A stretch of 53,523 bases of DNA from Pelomyxa schiedti (taxonomy: Eukaryota > Protista > Evosea), in NCBI GenBank assembly GCA_020536535.1, contig JAHLWZ010000901.1, positions 1 to 53,523 of the forward strand, written 5' to 3'. Of this stretch, positions 1 to 10,440 are shown one piece after another; the first letter of the stretch is position 1; each line of letters begins with the position of its first letter. The translations under genes were made by a program, and so were the position numbers. The notes under the pieces are model-generated. The model ran no database searches. It worked only from the letters and a program-made list of their open reading frames with translations, and was not told where the DNA came from.

Positions 1-348
1 TTATGTGCTTTTAGAGCTGCGATGTTCATGGAAGCCAGCATCGAGCCCATACAGAGGCCCTCCTCAACCACAGACGGGGTGTTATTGGCCCTGGTGAGTG
101 TTGCCACTGCTTGTTGTTCCGCTGTGGTTCCCTCATGTGACACGCAGTCATGCAAACATCCCACACACAGATTTTTCTAGTTACGGTGTCTTCCTTTTCC
201 GATACAATTTGGTTGGTACTAGGGAAGAGAATACTTTGAATTTGTTTGCCTCGAACCCAGAACATGAACAGCCAGGTTCCCCACACAGCGTTGCGCCCCC
301 GTACATTCTTCACCCGGAAAAGAATTCAGAGAAGACCCGGAGTCAAGA

Positions 349-525
349 TCCCACAATCCGGCGCACCGGGAAAAAACTGGTTTTTTAAGACGAAGCTCGG
401 TGTTAAATTTCCGGAGCCATCACGGGGAAGGAGTGTGACTTGTAGCGGCGACATTGGTCCTGGGTCAGGTTAAGACTTCGTGGTGCTGTTCCATTGAAAA
501 TTACCCCCCTTTTTTTTTTGGGTTG
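349..525 (+). repeat. Copy 1 of a ~170-bp dispersed repeat family (ATCCCACAAT...CCCCTTTTTTTGGGTTG)
   Basis: Aligns by eye with 1288-1451 (+) and with the reverse complement of 1741-1918 and 1205-1275. Shared blocks include AAAAAACTGGTTT, GAGTGTGACTT, TTGGTCCTGGGTC, TGTTCCATT and a C-run/T-run tail. Confidence 0.95.
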
Positions 526-930
526 AAGCGGCAGTGCCACATGACGGCATTGTAGTGCAGTCCATTTGCTGGTGCCGGCAAGTGATTCTGTGGGTGCTGG
601 GTGCAGCAGTATATTTTACACACAGGTGAAAGTCCGGCTAGTTCCTACACTAGGTGAGTTTGCAGCAGAAATGGAAGAGTGGTGCTAGTTCACAGTGCCA
701 GTAGGCAATTTCAGCTTGGGAAGACAACCTCTGATCACATCTCACTTTTTTCTTCTTGATGACATCAGATTCTCGTTGCTTTCATTCTTGTATTCGTTTC
801 TGCCGTTCTTTCTTCGCTGTCTTGGCAGCTTGGTAGGAAGGATCTCATTTACTTCTCCGTGATTTCTTTGTGGAGCTCTTTGAAGGCTCAGAAGCTTCAG
901 TTGTCTCACCTTTTCTTGGTACATATTGAT

Positions 931-1182
931 AGTCTGGACATTTGCAATCTTTTTACACAGTTCTTCGATTTGAGGAGGGAAATTTGGTCCTTCTAGTATC
1001 TCTGTTTTGGTCATTTTGCCACCATGTTTTGCCTCCTTGGCAAAATGGCCAAAACAGAGATACCAGAAGGACCAAATTTCCCTCCTCAAATCGAAGAACT
1101 GTGTAAAGAAGAAGATTGCAAATGTCCAGACTGGTCCTTCTGGTATCTCTGTTTTGGTCATTTTGCCAAGGAGGTGAAAACA
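931..1182. repeat. Inverted duplication/triplication; ~91-bp-arm foldback plus a third copy of a 36-bp unit
   Basis: 931-1021 is the near-perfect reverse complement of 1038-1132. The unit GGTCCTTCTRGTATCTCTGTTTTGGYCATTTTGCCA lies at 986-1021 (+), 1038-1073 (-) and 1133-1168 (+). Confidence 0.95.
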
Positions 1183-1204
1183 GGAAAAGAAGTTGACTGC
1201 AGCT

Positions 1205-1275
1205 GGCTCCGGGAAAGAGACTCCAAGCTTCTTCTTAAAAAACCAGTTTTTTCCCAGTGCACCGGATTGTGGGAT
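1205..1275 (-). repeat. Copy 2 (5' part only) of the ~170-bp repeat
   Basis: Reverse complement ATCCCACAATCCGGTGCACTGGGAAAAAACTGGTTTTTTAAGA...CCGGAGCC matches 348-418. Confidence 0.92.
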
Positions 1276-1287
1276 AAGAAGCAGGCC

Positions 1288-1451
1288 TCCCACAATTCAG
1301 CACACCGAGAAAAAACTGGTTTCTTAAGAAGACTCTCAGGGAGGAAACTTTGGATCCACACAGGGAAAGAGTGTGACTTATAGTGGCAACATTGGTCCTG
1401 GGTCAGGTTCTGGTGGTGTTCCATTCAAAAAAAACCCCTTTTTTGGGTTGG
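1288..1451 (+). repeat. Copy 3 of the ~170-bp repeat
   Basis: TCCCACAATTCAGCACACCGAGAAAAAACTGG...CCCCTTTTTTGGGTTGG; head-to-head with copy 2 and inverted relative to copy 4. Confidence 0.95.
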
Positions 1452-1740
1452 GATCCCATGAATTTGAGATGTCTTTGAAAATTTCGATTTTTTGCTACAA
1501 CAACCTTGTTATTGGGGTGCCCCAATAACAATATAAATATAATTTATATTTTTCAGTCTTTGTTACAGTAAAATTATGCATAAGAGATCTCTGGAAGAAC
1601 AACCATCTCCTGATGTGACAAGACCCAACCCTTTAACACCAACCAACCAACAAAGATTAAGGGTCTACTTTCTTTAACCTCCACTCTGCACTACAGCCCT
1701 CCTGGTGGTGTGGACACCAGAGCCAACAAGTTCCTCAACA

Positions 1741-1918
1741 CCACCCCACAAAAAAAAAGGGGGGTCATTTTGAATGGAACACCACGAAGTCAGAACCCGA
1801 CCCAGGACCAACGTTGCCGCTACAAGTCACACTCCTTCCCCGTGGTGGATCCAAAGTTTCCTCCCCGAGCGTTTTCTTAAGAAACCAGTTTTTTCTCGGT
1901 GTGCCGAATTGTGGGATT
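1741..1918 (-). repeat. Copy 4 of the ~170-bp repeat
   Basis: Reverse complement matches copies 1 and 3 along their full length. Confidence 0.95.
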
Positions 1919-2083
1919 TCAGAACAAGTTAGAGTCGAGAACCGGTCATGAGTGGGCGCCAGTTGCGGAGTGCGAAACAAGCTCGTGTGTTTTTTTCTTT
2001 CGTTTTCCTTCTTCGAACGGGTGTTTGCCGGTTGTTATTGGCAAAGAGTAATCGGGGGACTATAGAGTTGGACTTGGTGCGCT

Positions 2084-4129
2084 ATGGCAAGTGTTCTACC
2101 CTTATTACGTTTCAGGAGGTGCAACTCTGGCCGCATCACCAGCGCCGGTATTGTGCTGTTGCAAAAGGAAAAGAAATTCGGTGTGTTGGAACAAAAAAGC
2201 ACTTGCCTTGCACCTCCAACACTACGACGAGCCTGACATATGGTTTGCCACCATCATGGCGGATATCTTCTACCCATTTGGGACCAAACTGTCACTCAGT
2301 TGGCTTAAGAAGAGGCTTGAGTGCAACGTGAACATAATGAACGCTTGTGCCAGCCATGGTTCCATTGTCACTGCACGAAATCTGCTTCGCGATTACATAA
2401 AGCAGTTTGGTTTCTTTCCTGCCGTCGTTCCAGGTTTTCTTTTTCCCTTTTTTTTTTTTGTAAAGTGAGATTTGAGTCCGCCCTAAGTCATCTATCACAC
2501 CTCAGGTGCCTTGTACTTTGCTATTTCACATTGCCAGTTTGATTTCCTTCAAGAATGGGTGTCAGATTCACCGTTCAGAGTGTTATTCAACAGCAGTGAC
2601 CAGAACGAGTTGCTTCCAACCAGGCTTCTACAGGACGGTCGCAACAGAAACCTGTACGTTGCCATCTGCATGGGCATTGCACTTGCCTGGAGGTCTGCGT
2701 CACGTGCAACAGATCAAGCAGACAAGGCAAGGTTTGAATCTAAACTGACCCGGTTGCTACAGCTCATCAACACTGGCCTCCTGATGACAACCCACAACTA
2801 TCGCAGAGAACTTCTTGAAATAGCAAGCTACGCAGGGGCCCTTCCTCTGGTTGAGGTCATCTTTGAGAAGTCTAAAAAGTTCCTGATATTTGATGATTAC
2901 GACCCAAGAGAGCCCTTCATGAATAGCCTGCATAACGCTGCAGCAGGAGGCAATCACGAAATTTGCCAACTCTTATTGCTCAAGACATCCGTGAGAGGAA
3001 GCTTCCCGTTCAACTTGTCCTTGAGCACCCTTTTATTGAGTGCTGCGTGCAGAAATCAACAATACTTCACTGAAATTTGCAATATGCTGCGCGAAGCTTT
3101 TGTGAAGACGTCCCTTTGGACTTTGCTTCCATCAGATGTGGAATTTCAAAAATACAATTGGGTTCCGTTCACGCAAGCTGTGATCGCGGAGTCTGCCGCA
3201 GCTCATGGGCAATGGGGCATTCTCAGAACCCTGCTGAGCCCTGGGTTGTGGCAAAGAGACGATAAATTCCTGAAGTGCCTGCCCTGTATGCTGTGCAGCG
3301 TTGCAAAGTTCAACACGACTGAAGCTCTTTCCGTTTTCAAAGAGTTGTACAACGAATGGAAGGGGCTCACCAGCGACAAACTGCCCTCCGACTTTGTGAA
3401 AACGATCCTCAAAAATGTGTGTTCGCACAACAATTCTCACATCTTCCAGCTGTTGGTGGCCCATCCTGCTGAATTCAACCCCGAGATTGAGCGACTTGCT
3501 TGCTGCTGCGTTGATGCCAACTTCCAAGCACATTCACAAGTTATACGAGGACCTCTTTGGGCTCACTCAAAAAGAAATTGCGTTACTGCCAGACGACGTC
3601 TCGCGACGCCGTACACTTCGAAAACCAACCTATGAAGTTGCCGCTGGTCTGCTACAATTTTTCGGAGCTCGAAAAATCAGTGACCTGACCCCTGGCGAGA
3701 AGTCCTCAAAGGTTTATCGCGAGGACGTAAAAATTGATGGTGCACTTGTGGAGTTGATAAAGAAGGGATGCGATTACGACGCAATGCAATGGTTGATAGA
3801 CAAACAGTTGCTCTGCTCGGAATTGGTCTATTCTCCCACAGATTTGCTGAGAAGACTCTTGTCGGCTCGTCCGCTCCCCAAGAAAGGAGGCGCAGAGCCA
3901 TTTTTCATCATTGGATATCGCCAAGTTGAATAAGCATGTCTCGGCACTCCAGAGGGTCATATCTTGGTTGAGTTCATCACTTTCCGTGGAGGAGCTCGAG
4001 GATACTCTTTGCCGACAAGGAGACACCAACAGAACCCGCACCCAAGGCCAACAGGCCAAACACTTCTTCACAGTGATACCCTTTAATGAACAGTCCCACC
4101 GCCCTCTTATAATTAGTACAAAAAAATGA
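2084..4129 (+). pseudogene. Ankyrin-like helical repeat protein with about three apparent +1 frameshifts (pseudogene or assembly indels)
   Basis: Ankyrin-like motifs LHNAAAGGNHEICQLLL, IASYAGALPLVEVI and AAAHGQWGILRTLL. One GT-AG intron at ~2410-2505. Protein-like reading passes between overlapping ORFs near 2193-2198 (A6), ~3490-3530 and 3901-3905 (T5). Confidence 0.6.
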
Positions 4130-4202
4130 CACGAAAAATTTTTCTTGCTTGAAACTACAAAGTGTACAACGGTGAAGCGAACTACGGGACAAAGAAAAGA
4201 AA

Positions 4203-5074
4203 TTAACAACAGTCCGAATTGTTCTTAGGTGGGGGTGTGGGTGGAAGTGGTGTTACAGTGCCCTTCTGGACTCCAGACAATTTCAGAGGATCAATTTTGC
4301 CTGTTGAATGGTAATCGATAGATAGGAACCGGGTAATAAAGAGGAGCCGGGTATGGCTTACCGTCGTTTATTTTACTGAGGATAGTTCTACCGCATTTCA
4401 AAAATACTTCTTCCACACCATCACCGGTAAGGGCACTCGTTTCCACAAAAATCAGACCTGTAGAAATGAGATACTTATGCTCAACACGGAAACAAATACC
4501 GTGCTCTTCACTAAAGCGGCTTGCTTCAAGAAATTGCACATCTCTCTAGAAGCAAGTAAATTCCAGATAAAATGGCTAGAAGGGGATACATCAGCGCGGT
4601 CCGTTTTGTTTCCAACGAGCATGATGACGATGTCGGTATTGGATCAAGACCGGGCGTCATTAAGCCAGCTGGATATATTGTTGTAACTGTCCCGACTGTG
4701 TATTTAATGTAATGAGGAAAAATATGGTTCCAAAGAAGCATCGTTAGAATACACAGTACGAGTTTGTATCAATACCTCGTGACATTATAAACCAAAGTAC
4801 ATAATAAGTTCCCGTACCAATGGTATGCTGGGACTCTCTGTTGACTTGACATCAATCGAATCACAAATAGAACATATGTGAGATCGATAACCTCCCACAA
4901 ACCAAAAAAATAATAACGAAATAAAGAAAGAGCTCTATACATTTGTTCTGCAGGGCAAGGAGTCAGTCAGTTAAAGAAAAAAAAAAGAAACAATTTTCAA
5001 CAATCTAAACACATGCTAACCTCGATGAATCTGTGCAATAGACACGACTTGCCTGTCGCTGCATCTCCAATCAC
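4203..5074 (-). pseudogene. RAB4: Rab4-like small GTPase pseudogene (intron-containing)
   Basis: Spliced fragments read VIGDAATGKSCLLHRFIE/NKF/NRESQHTIG...LVYNVTS/RDSYNNISSWLNDARS*SNTDIVIMLVGNKTD...VQFLEASRF...[16 protein letters not shown]...SDCC*. In-frame TGA at 4644-4646, the WDTAGQE region is missing, and there is no recognisable N-terminus. Confidence 0.85.
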
Positions 5075-5399
5075 AGTTCCACTTCTGTCTTTACCCTGTC
5101 AATCAATGTTTTGGGGTTCTACTGCGAAGTCAAACTTGGTTGGCTACCAAGTAGGATTTCTTGTTGGGGAACCGACCAAATTAGTACTTGGGCAGATAAA
5201 CATTGCAGGAAATGAGTGGCAACAAAAATTATTATTATTAAAACAGGAAGGGCGTGTAACTACAGTCAATCATTCAGCGTCAATGGTGTGCATTCCTCTT
5301 ACTCACCGGATTGCATTTTTTATTGGTTTGGCTTCCTAACCTAATGCCTGTTAGATAAAAAAGCTCGAGGCAAGTGCTGAGACTGGTGACGTCGCCGCA

Positions 5400-6509
5400 A
5401 TGATGAAGCTGGCGGACTGCTACAAACAAGGGCAAAGATTTGGTATCAAACCAAACCCCAGCAAGGAAGCTCAGTGGTATCAAAGAGCCGCTGATGCCGG
5501 AAACTCAGTTGCAATGTACAGGCTGGGTTCAATTTTCGAACATGGCGCCGAGGGTGTGGCCAAAAACGCCGGAAAAGCCGTGGAGCTCTACCAGAGGTCT
5601 TCTGATGCCGGAAATTTTGATGGAACTTGGGCACTTGGGAAGTGTTATCAAACTGGCACCGGCGTGACAAAGGATAAGAGCAGGGCGTTTCAACTTTTCC
5701 AGAGAGCTGCTGATGCGGACAATGCTGAAGCAATACACTCTCTGGCTATCTGTTACTCAGATGGTGATGGTACTCCAAAGGACGGGGCCAAGGCAATGGC
5801 TCTTTTCGAGAAGGCACTTGAAAAAGGGAGGACAGATGCACTTTGTGGGATCGGACTGCTGCATGAAAGAGGTGAAGGCGTTCCACCCGACATGGCAAAA
5901 GCCGTCGAATGTTATCAGAAGGCCGTGGATAGGGGAAGTGGGAGTGGCATGATCAACCTTGCGATTTGTTATCAGAACGGGACCGGAGTTGCCCAGGACA
6001 ACAGCAAAGCATTTTCCTTGTTCCAAAGGGCCCACACCAAGGGGGTCCTCGAGGGCACATTTGGCCTCTCCGTTTGCTACAGGGACGGCATTGGAGTCGA
6101 CGCCAGCAAGGCAAAGGAGATATCGCTGCTCCAGGAAGCTTCCGACTCGGGCAACTTCCAAGCCACATACACCCTCGGCGTTTGCTACCGCAACGGCGAC
6201 GGGGTTCCCGAGGACCCGGCCAGGGCCGTGGAACTATTCCAGCAGGCCGCGGACGCCGACGAGCCCGAGGCGTTCTACGCCATGGCGACCTGCCTGCACA
6301 CGGGGATCGGGGTGCCGGCGGACTTCCGCAAGGCGATCCCGTGGTACCGCCGGGCCGCGGACGAGGCGGGGAACCCCCACGCGATGTACTTGCTTGGGCA
6401 GTGCCACGAGACAGGGGCCGGCGGCGTGCCGGTCGATGCAGCAAAGGCCAGGGAATTATTCCAGAAGGCCGCGGATGCCGGGCACCAAGGGGCCAGGGCT
6501 AAACTGTGA
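5400..6509 (+). CDS. Sel1-like repeat protein (~10 repeats); small 5' exons may lie upstream
   Basis: Tandem ~36-aa units of the form A..LG.CY..G.GV..D..KA..(W/L)(Y/F).KAA..G across one 369-aa open frame. Confidence 0.93.
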   Translation: MMKLADCYKQGQRFGIKPNPSKEAQWYQRAADAGNSVAMYRLGSIFEHGAEGVAKNAGKAVELYQRSSDAGNFDGTWALGKCYQTGTGVTKDKSRAFQLFQRAADADNAEAIHSLAICYSDGDGTPKDGAKAMALFEKALEKGRTDALCGIGLLHERGEGVPPDMAKAVECYQKAVDRGSGSGMINLAICYQNGTGVAQDNSKAFSLFQRAHTKGVLEGTFGLSVCYRDGIGVDASKAKEISLLQEASDSGNFQATYTLGVCYRNGDGVPEDPARAVELFQQAADADEPEAFYAMATCLHTGIGVPADFRKAIPWYRRAADEAGNPHAMYLLGQCHETGAGGVPVDAAKARELFQKAADAGHQGARAKL

Positions 6510-6814
6510 ACTGTAATTGTAATTTTTTCAAAAGATGTGAGGAGTGATGGGCGAAGGATTAAGGGAATATTGGTGTGATGATCGGGCGCCAACTAATTAT
6601 GGCCATTCACGGGAACCAAGCTAACAGGCACCAGCCAACCGACCCACCTTATAAACCCCTCTGTACCGTTTAAATAGTAAAGAGAACCTCTCTTGGATGT
6701 ATCACATTCCGCCGAATTGATTTGTTCCGGCTTCCTAGATCTCGAACTTTTGCGAAGGTGCAAAGAAGTGCACAACCAAGGAACAAAAAAAAAACCTTTG
6801 GTTGGGGTTAGACC

Positions 6815-9800
6815 ATGCACGGGTGTTCGTCGCCGGCGCCAAAAGGGACGGTACCGCAGCCGCCGTCGCAAGACGAGCTATTGTTGAGATCTAAGATTGC
6901 TTGTTGCTTCCAGTCACTCCCAAACGAAACCATAACCGCATCTACCGCAAACGCGTCATCCAATCCTCAAACAAAGGCTATCCCTGCAACGCGCATGACG
7001 CGAAGTGGCAGTAACACCGCCATCAGCGGATCTACCGAAGTAGCGTCGCCGCCACCCCAGCTTTCACTGAGCAGATTTGCTGCTTTAACGCCTTCGGCTT
7101 CATCTGGATCTTTGTGTGCGCTTGCTACGTCTTTAATGTCGGCGAGCGTGTCTGGCGATTACGAGAAAAGAGCCTCTGAGTACTGCGACCCAGCTATTTC
7201 CCTGTGGTCTCTTCTGTGTGATGGGCATGATATTTGCTTGTAGGTTTCCTAACGCACTGCGAAACACCAATGTAATTATTCCCCTTGGTAGGATTGCGAA
7301 TGCTATAAAACCAGGGATAGTGAAGAGGCCACGCAGATCCTCACAAAATTTTGTCCAGACTGTACGTCCCTCTGCCACTTGTGTATGTATTTACTTCGAC
7401 TAGGGAAATATCAAAGCTTTCATTGATGGCTGCGTTCAAAACAATTTAATCCCTCCAGACAAGATATTCACTGTCAAAGATCTTTATCAAGCTGACAACA
7501 TGCCAAAGGCAGCTAAAAGACATTCAAAATTTTGGATAAAATATTGTAGGTGATAGAGGCACTGCTTTATTTGCTAAAAGACGAATTTTGTGATGACGTA
7601 CGCTCCATTTCCATTAATCTTGTTGTTTACTGTATGGACAGCCCCTTGCGGCCTCAGCTTCCCTTCCTCTGAAGTCCCAACCCATTTCTATTCCCCATCC
7701 AACCAAACCTGGCTTGCGGTCTAGTGGTATCAACGACCCAAGAACATTGCGTTCCTCTAGTCCCCCAACGATTTCTGGGCCATGTAAAAGCTTACCCAAA
7801 AGTGGCCGAAGCGAATTTGAACCCCAAATTGGGACCCCTTCTTCTCCACAAACTCCTGCTGACAACGAAATGCGATTACTCGCGGAACAAGGAATGACTG
7901 GTCTGCTTTTATCACAAACCGACACAAGCAATGAACGGACAAGGTCTCTGTCACCTCGCCTAGTACACACTACAGCCACTCTCACTACTCCTGCTATGGC
8001 AATTGGTTCTCTTGGCTCTGCATTTAAATTACACGTGCATGAAACTTCTACACAGCAACCTGCAGATGCAGAACCCCTACGACCTGTGGCACTTTCAGAA
8101 GCACACACTGCCTCATCACCAGAGATAAGCTATCATCAGGAAGATTTTTCACCTGAAAACATCAAGAGAGAAGAACAAGAGCCACAATCAGAGCAACAAG
8201 TAGAACCACAATTAGTCCAGCCACAACCAGTCCAGCCACAGCAAGTCCACCCACAGCCAACGCGAGTCGAGGCCCAGCCACAGCAAGTACAGCCACAACC
8301 AGTCCAGCCACAGCAAGTACAGCCACAACCAGTCCAGCCACAGCAAGTCCAACCACAGCCAACGCGAGTCGAGGCCCAGCCACAGCAACCCCAGCCACAA
8401 CCTCCACATACTGAGTTGGAAAGTTCATCACAAACACTCTGCCCTATTTCTCACCCACATATTCCCGAACAAGAGCAAAAATCTTCAAAACAAGATGATT
8501 TACCACGAGAAAGAGTAGAATTAGTCAATACATCAATATCACAGAAGTGGGCTGAACCACAGACTGATGGTCAAAGTAACACATGTTTGTACACACACGT
8601 TAATATACCTCCATCCCCTCAAGTACAAACGCAACAACCAAATCAAGACTTCTCAAAATCTCAACCCAAATTCCCACAAGAAATGGCATCTGTCAGTTCC
8701 TCATTTACAGTCTCTGGTGGCAGAGAACAGACCCAGCAACTAAGCACAATTCAAGTTACCCTCACGCCAAACAAAACTTCCTTGCACATATCAACAACTG
8801 CAAAAGAGGACCAGACACATGCAAATTCTCCAATCATTTTTGTTACAACACCTAGTACACTGTCGAACCTTACTTTTACTGAAAGTAACAATGCGCCATC
8901 CTTGCACACCCTCTCCTCTCCTGCACCAAGTGCGGCGCTATCCAGTCCCAGCACTCAAGCTTTACCTCACACAAGCAATTCTATAGCAAAACCTGCAGCA
9001 ACAAGCAGTCAACCACCCAGCTTTGAACCAGTAACTTCCACAAGTAGCAGTGCTCCTCCTCGAAATGAAGTAGAAATAGTCTCACCAGTAAATACAACAC
9101 AGACCACATGTTCTTTGGAGGAGGAAACAAGTACACTCCTGTACCTCTAATTTTGGGTTGATACTCTTTAGGTGTGGTAGAAAAGGAAGAAATACCAGAT
9201 CAAACTCAACTCCCACTTAACTCAGTCGAGAAATCATGTATGATTGATAACTCAAGGCCTGTCACGTTAGAATTACTTTTTACCTAACCGCTTACAGGCC
9301 TTTTTGCCGGAGTACTGGGATTTGCTCTTTAAATGAGGTGCTGCGTAACCCAGATCTCCTAAAGTCTTTCAGGGAGTATCTGACCACACATCATGTACGT
9401 TATACAAAACCAAGTCAACATAAAAAAAAATTAAAGAAAATCTCTTCAGGCAATAGAAAATCTCGATTTCTATTTAGATTCACTTCTTTACAGACAGGTG
9501 CTCCTTTTATGACTTGTCATGTTTCTTGTTCTAACTGTCCACTTTCTAGTCTATGCAAAAGGAGGCCCTGCGACTCTATGCAACTTATTGTGCACAAAAT
9601 GCTCAGCGTGAAGTTAATATCTCGAATGACAGCAGAGTGAAATTGGATGTGGCTTTTGCAAACGTCCTTGCTGCAAATGGGGCTGTTACGCACTCGCTCT
9701 TCGACTCCGCCCGTGTACCTATCCCGTCTCACTTATCGTGAATAAGCTTCTTTCAGAGAGATGTTGAAGAGACTATGAATGTGGAACTTCTTCCTCAATG

Positions 9801-10203
9801 GCATGTGATTCACCTAGGGGCAACCACAAAAAGCATAATAGAGGGTATCAACACCACATTCCCACCACATTCTTTTCACCTTTCTTACAGGTGCTCAACC
9901 ACATAAACCATTGGACTTCTACGCTATTTTCTGTACTGTCTCATCACTCGTCTTGTATCCGCTGAAGAGGTATAACTGACTCACTGCGTCGATATCCATA
10001 ACCAACACCCAAAAGGATTCACGGCTCCCTGCACCGGGTTTCGGCCCTTTACTTTCGTGGGTGCCTGGAACATCCGCAGCATCTATGGGACATTATGCGG
10101 AACAGCAGTAGCAGCTTTGGAAGGGCAGTGTACCAGAAGCACAGGTTGGTGTGGCAGTGGCTATGCAAGGTTTGGAGAACAGTGCTATTCTCGTTTCTTT
10201 AGT
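6815..10203 (+). CDS. Calponin-homology (CH) domain + Q/P/S/T-rich linker + RGS domain protein (multi-exon; ends uncertain)
   Basis: CH: LCDGHDICL/IANAIKPGIV...NIKAFIDGC...IFTVKDLYQADNMPK/VIEALLYL (7200-7590). RGS: VLRNPDLLKSFREYL.../ENLDFY...ALRLYATYCAQNAQREVNIS...SLFDSA (9340-9800). Confidence 0.8.
8215..8402 (+). repeat. Coding 15-bp minisatellite (VQPQP/VQPQQ) with a duplicated PQPTRVEAQPQQ unit
   Basis: Repeats of GTCCAGCCACAACCA/GTACAGCCACAACCA and GTCCAGCCACAGCAA; CCACAGCCAACGCGAGTCGAGGCCCAGCCACAGCAA occurs twice. Confidence 0.9.
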
Positions 10204-10440
10204 GTAGTATGGTAAATTTAAACCCTGTAATTGTAAGGCGATTTTAAAATGTGACAGTGTGAAAGCCAGTCACTTGTCCCTTCAGCCTCATTTCGCTTTT
10301 TTTTTTTTTTTGCGAAATCAAATTATAATGGGTAAAACATTTTGGGTGTTGGGAGCTTCCCACATGATGAGGGCAGCACCGGAAAAGCGACAAAGAAAGT
10401 GTCGTTAACATTTCTTGTGTTGAAGATCTCGCTGCGAACA

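Noticed and set aside
430-495. tRNA or Pol III SINE reading of the repeat (GGTTCTGACTTC B-box-like, T-run end)
   Set aside because: No cloverleaf and no convincing A box; kept only as an alternative for the repeat family.
625-720. GAAAGTCCGG...CAATTTCAGCTT resembling RNase P/MRP CR-I and CR-V
   Set aside because: Only ~75 nt apart with poor P4 pairing; too short for the RNA.
1024-1140. Kinase subdomain X-XI-like fragment (EIPEGPNFPPQIEELCK)
   Set aside because: Too short, lacks CW...P..RP, and another frame is equally plausible.
4546-4589. GTATCC donor suggesting a U12-type intron in Rab4
   Set aside because: Not the full RTATCCTT, no CCTTAAC branch site, and it lies in a decayed pseudogene.
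4644-4646. In-frame TGA in Rab4 as stop-codon reassignment or selenocysteine
   Set aside because: TGA ends intact genes here (6509, 14517, 34372), conserved Trp residues use TGG, and the same gene has a deletion and a truncation.
5953-6592. Several overlapping ORFs in the Sel1 3' half
   Set aside because: Expected from high GC content; only the Sel1 frame has recognisable motifs.
8215-8402. CRISPR-like array
   Set aside because: Tandem coding repeat with no unique spacers, in a eukaryotic exon.
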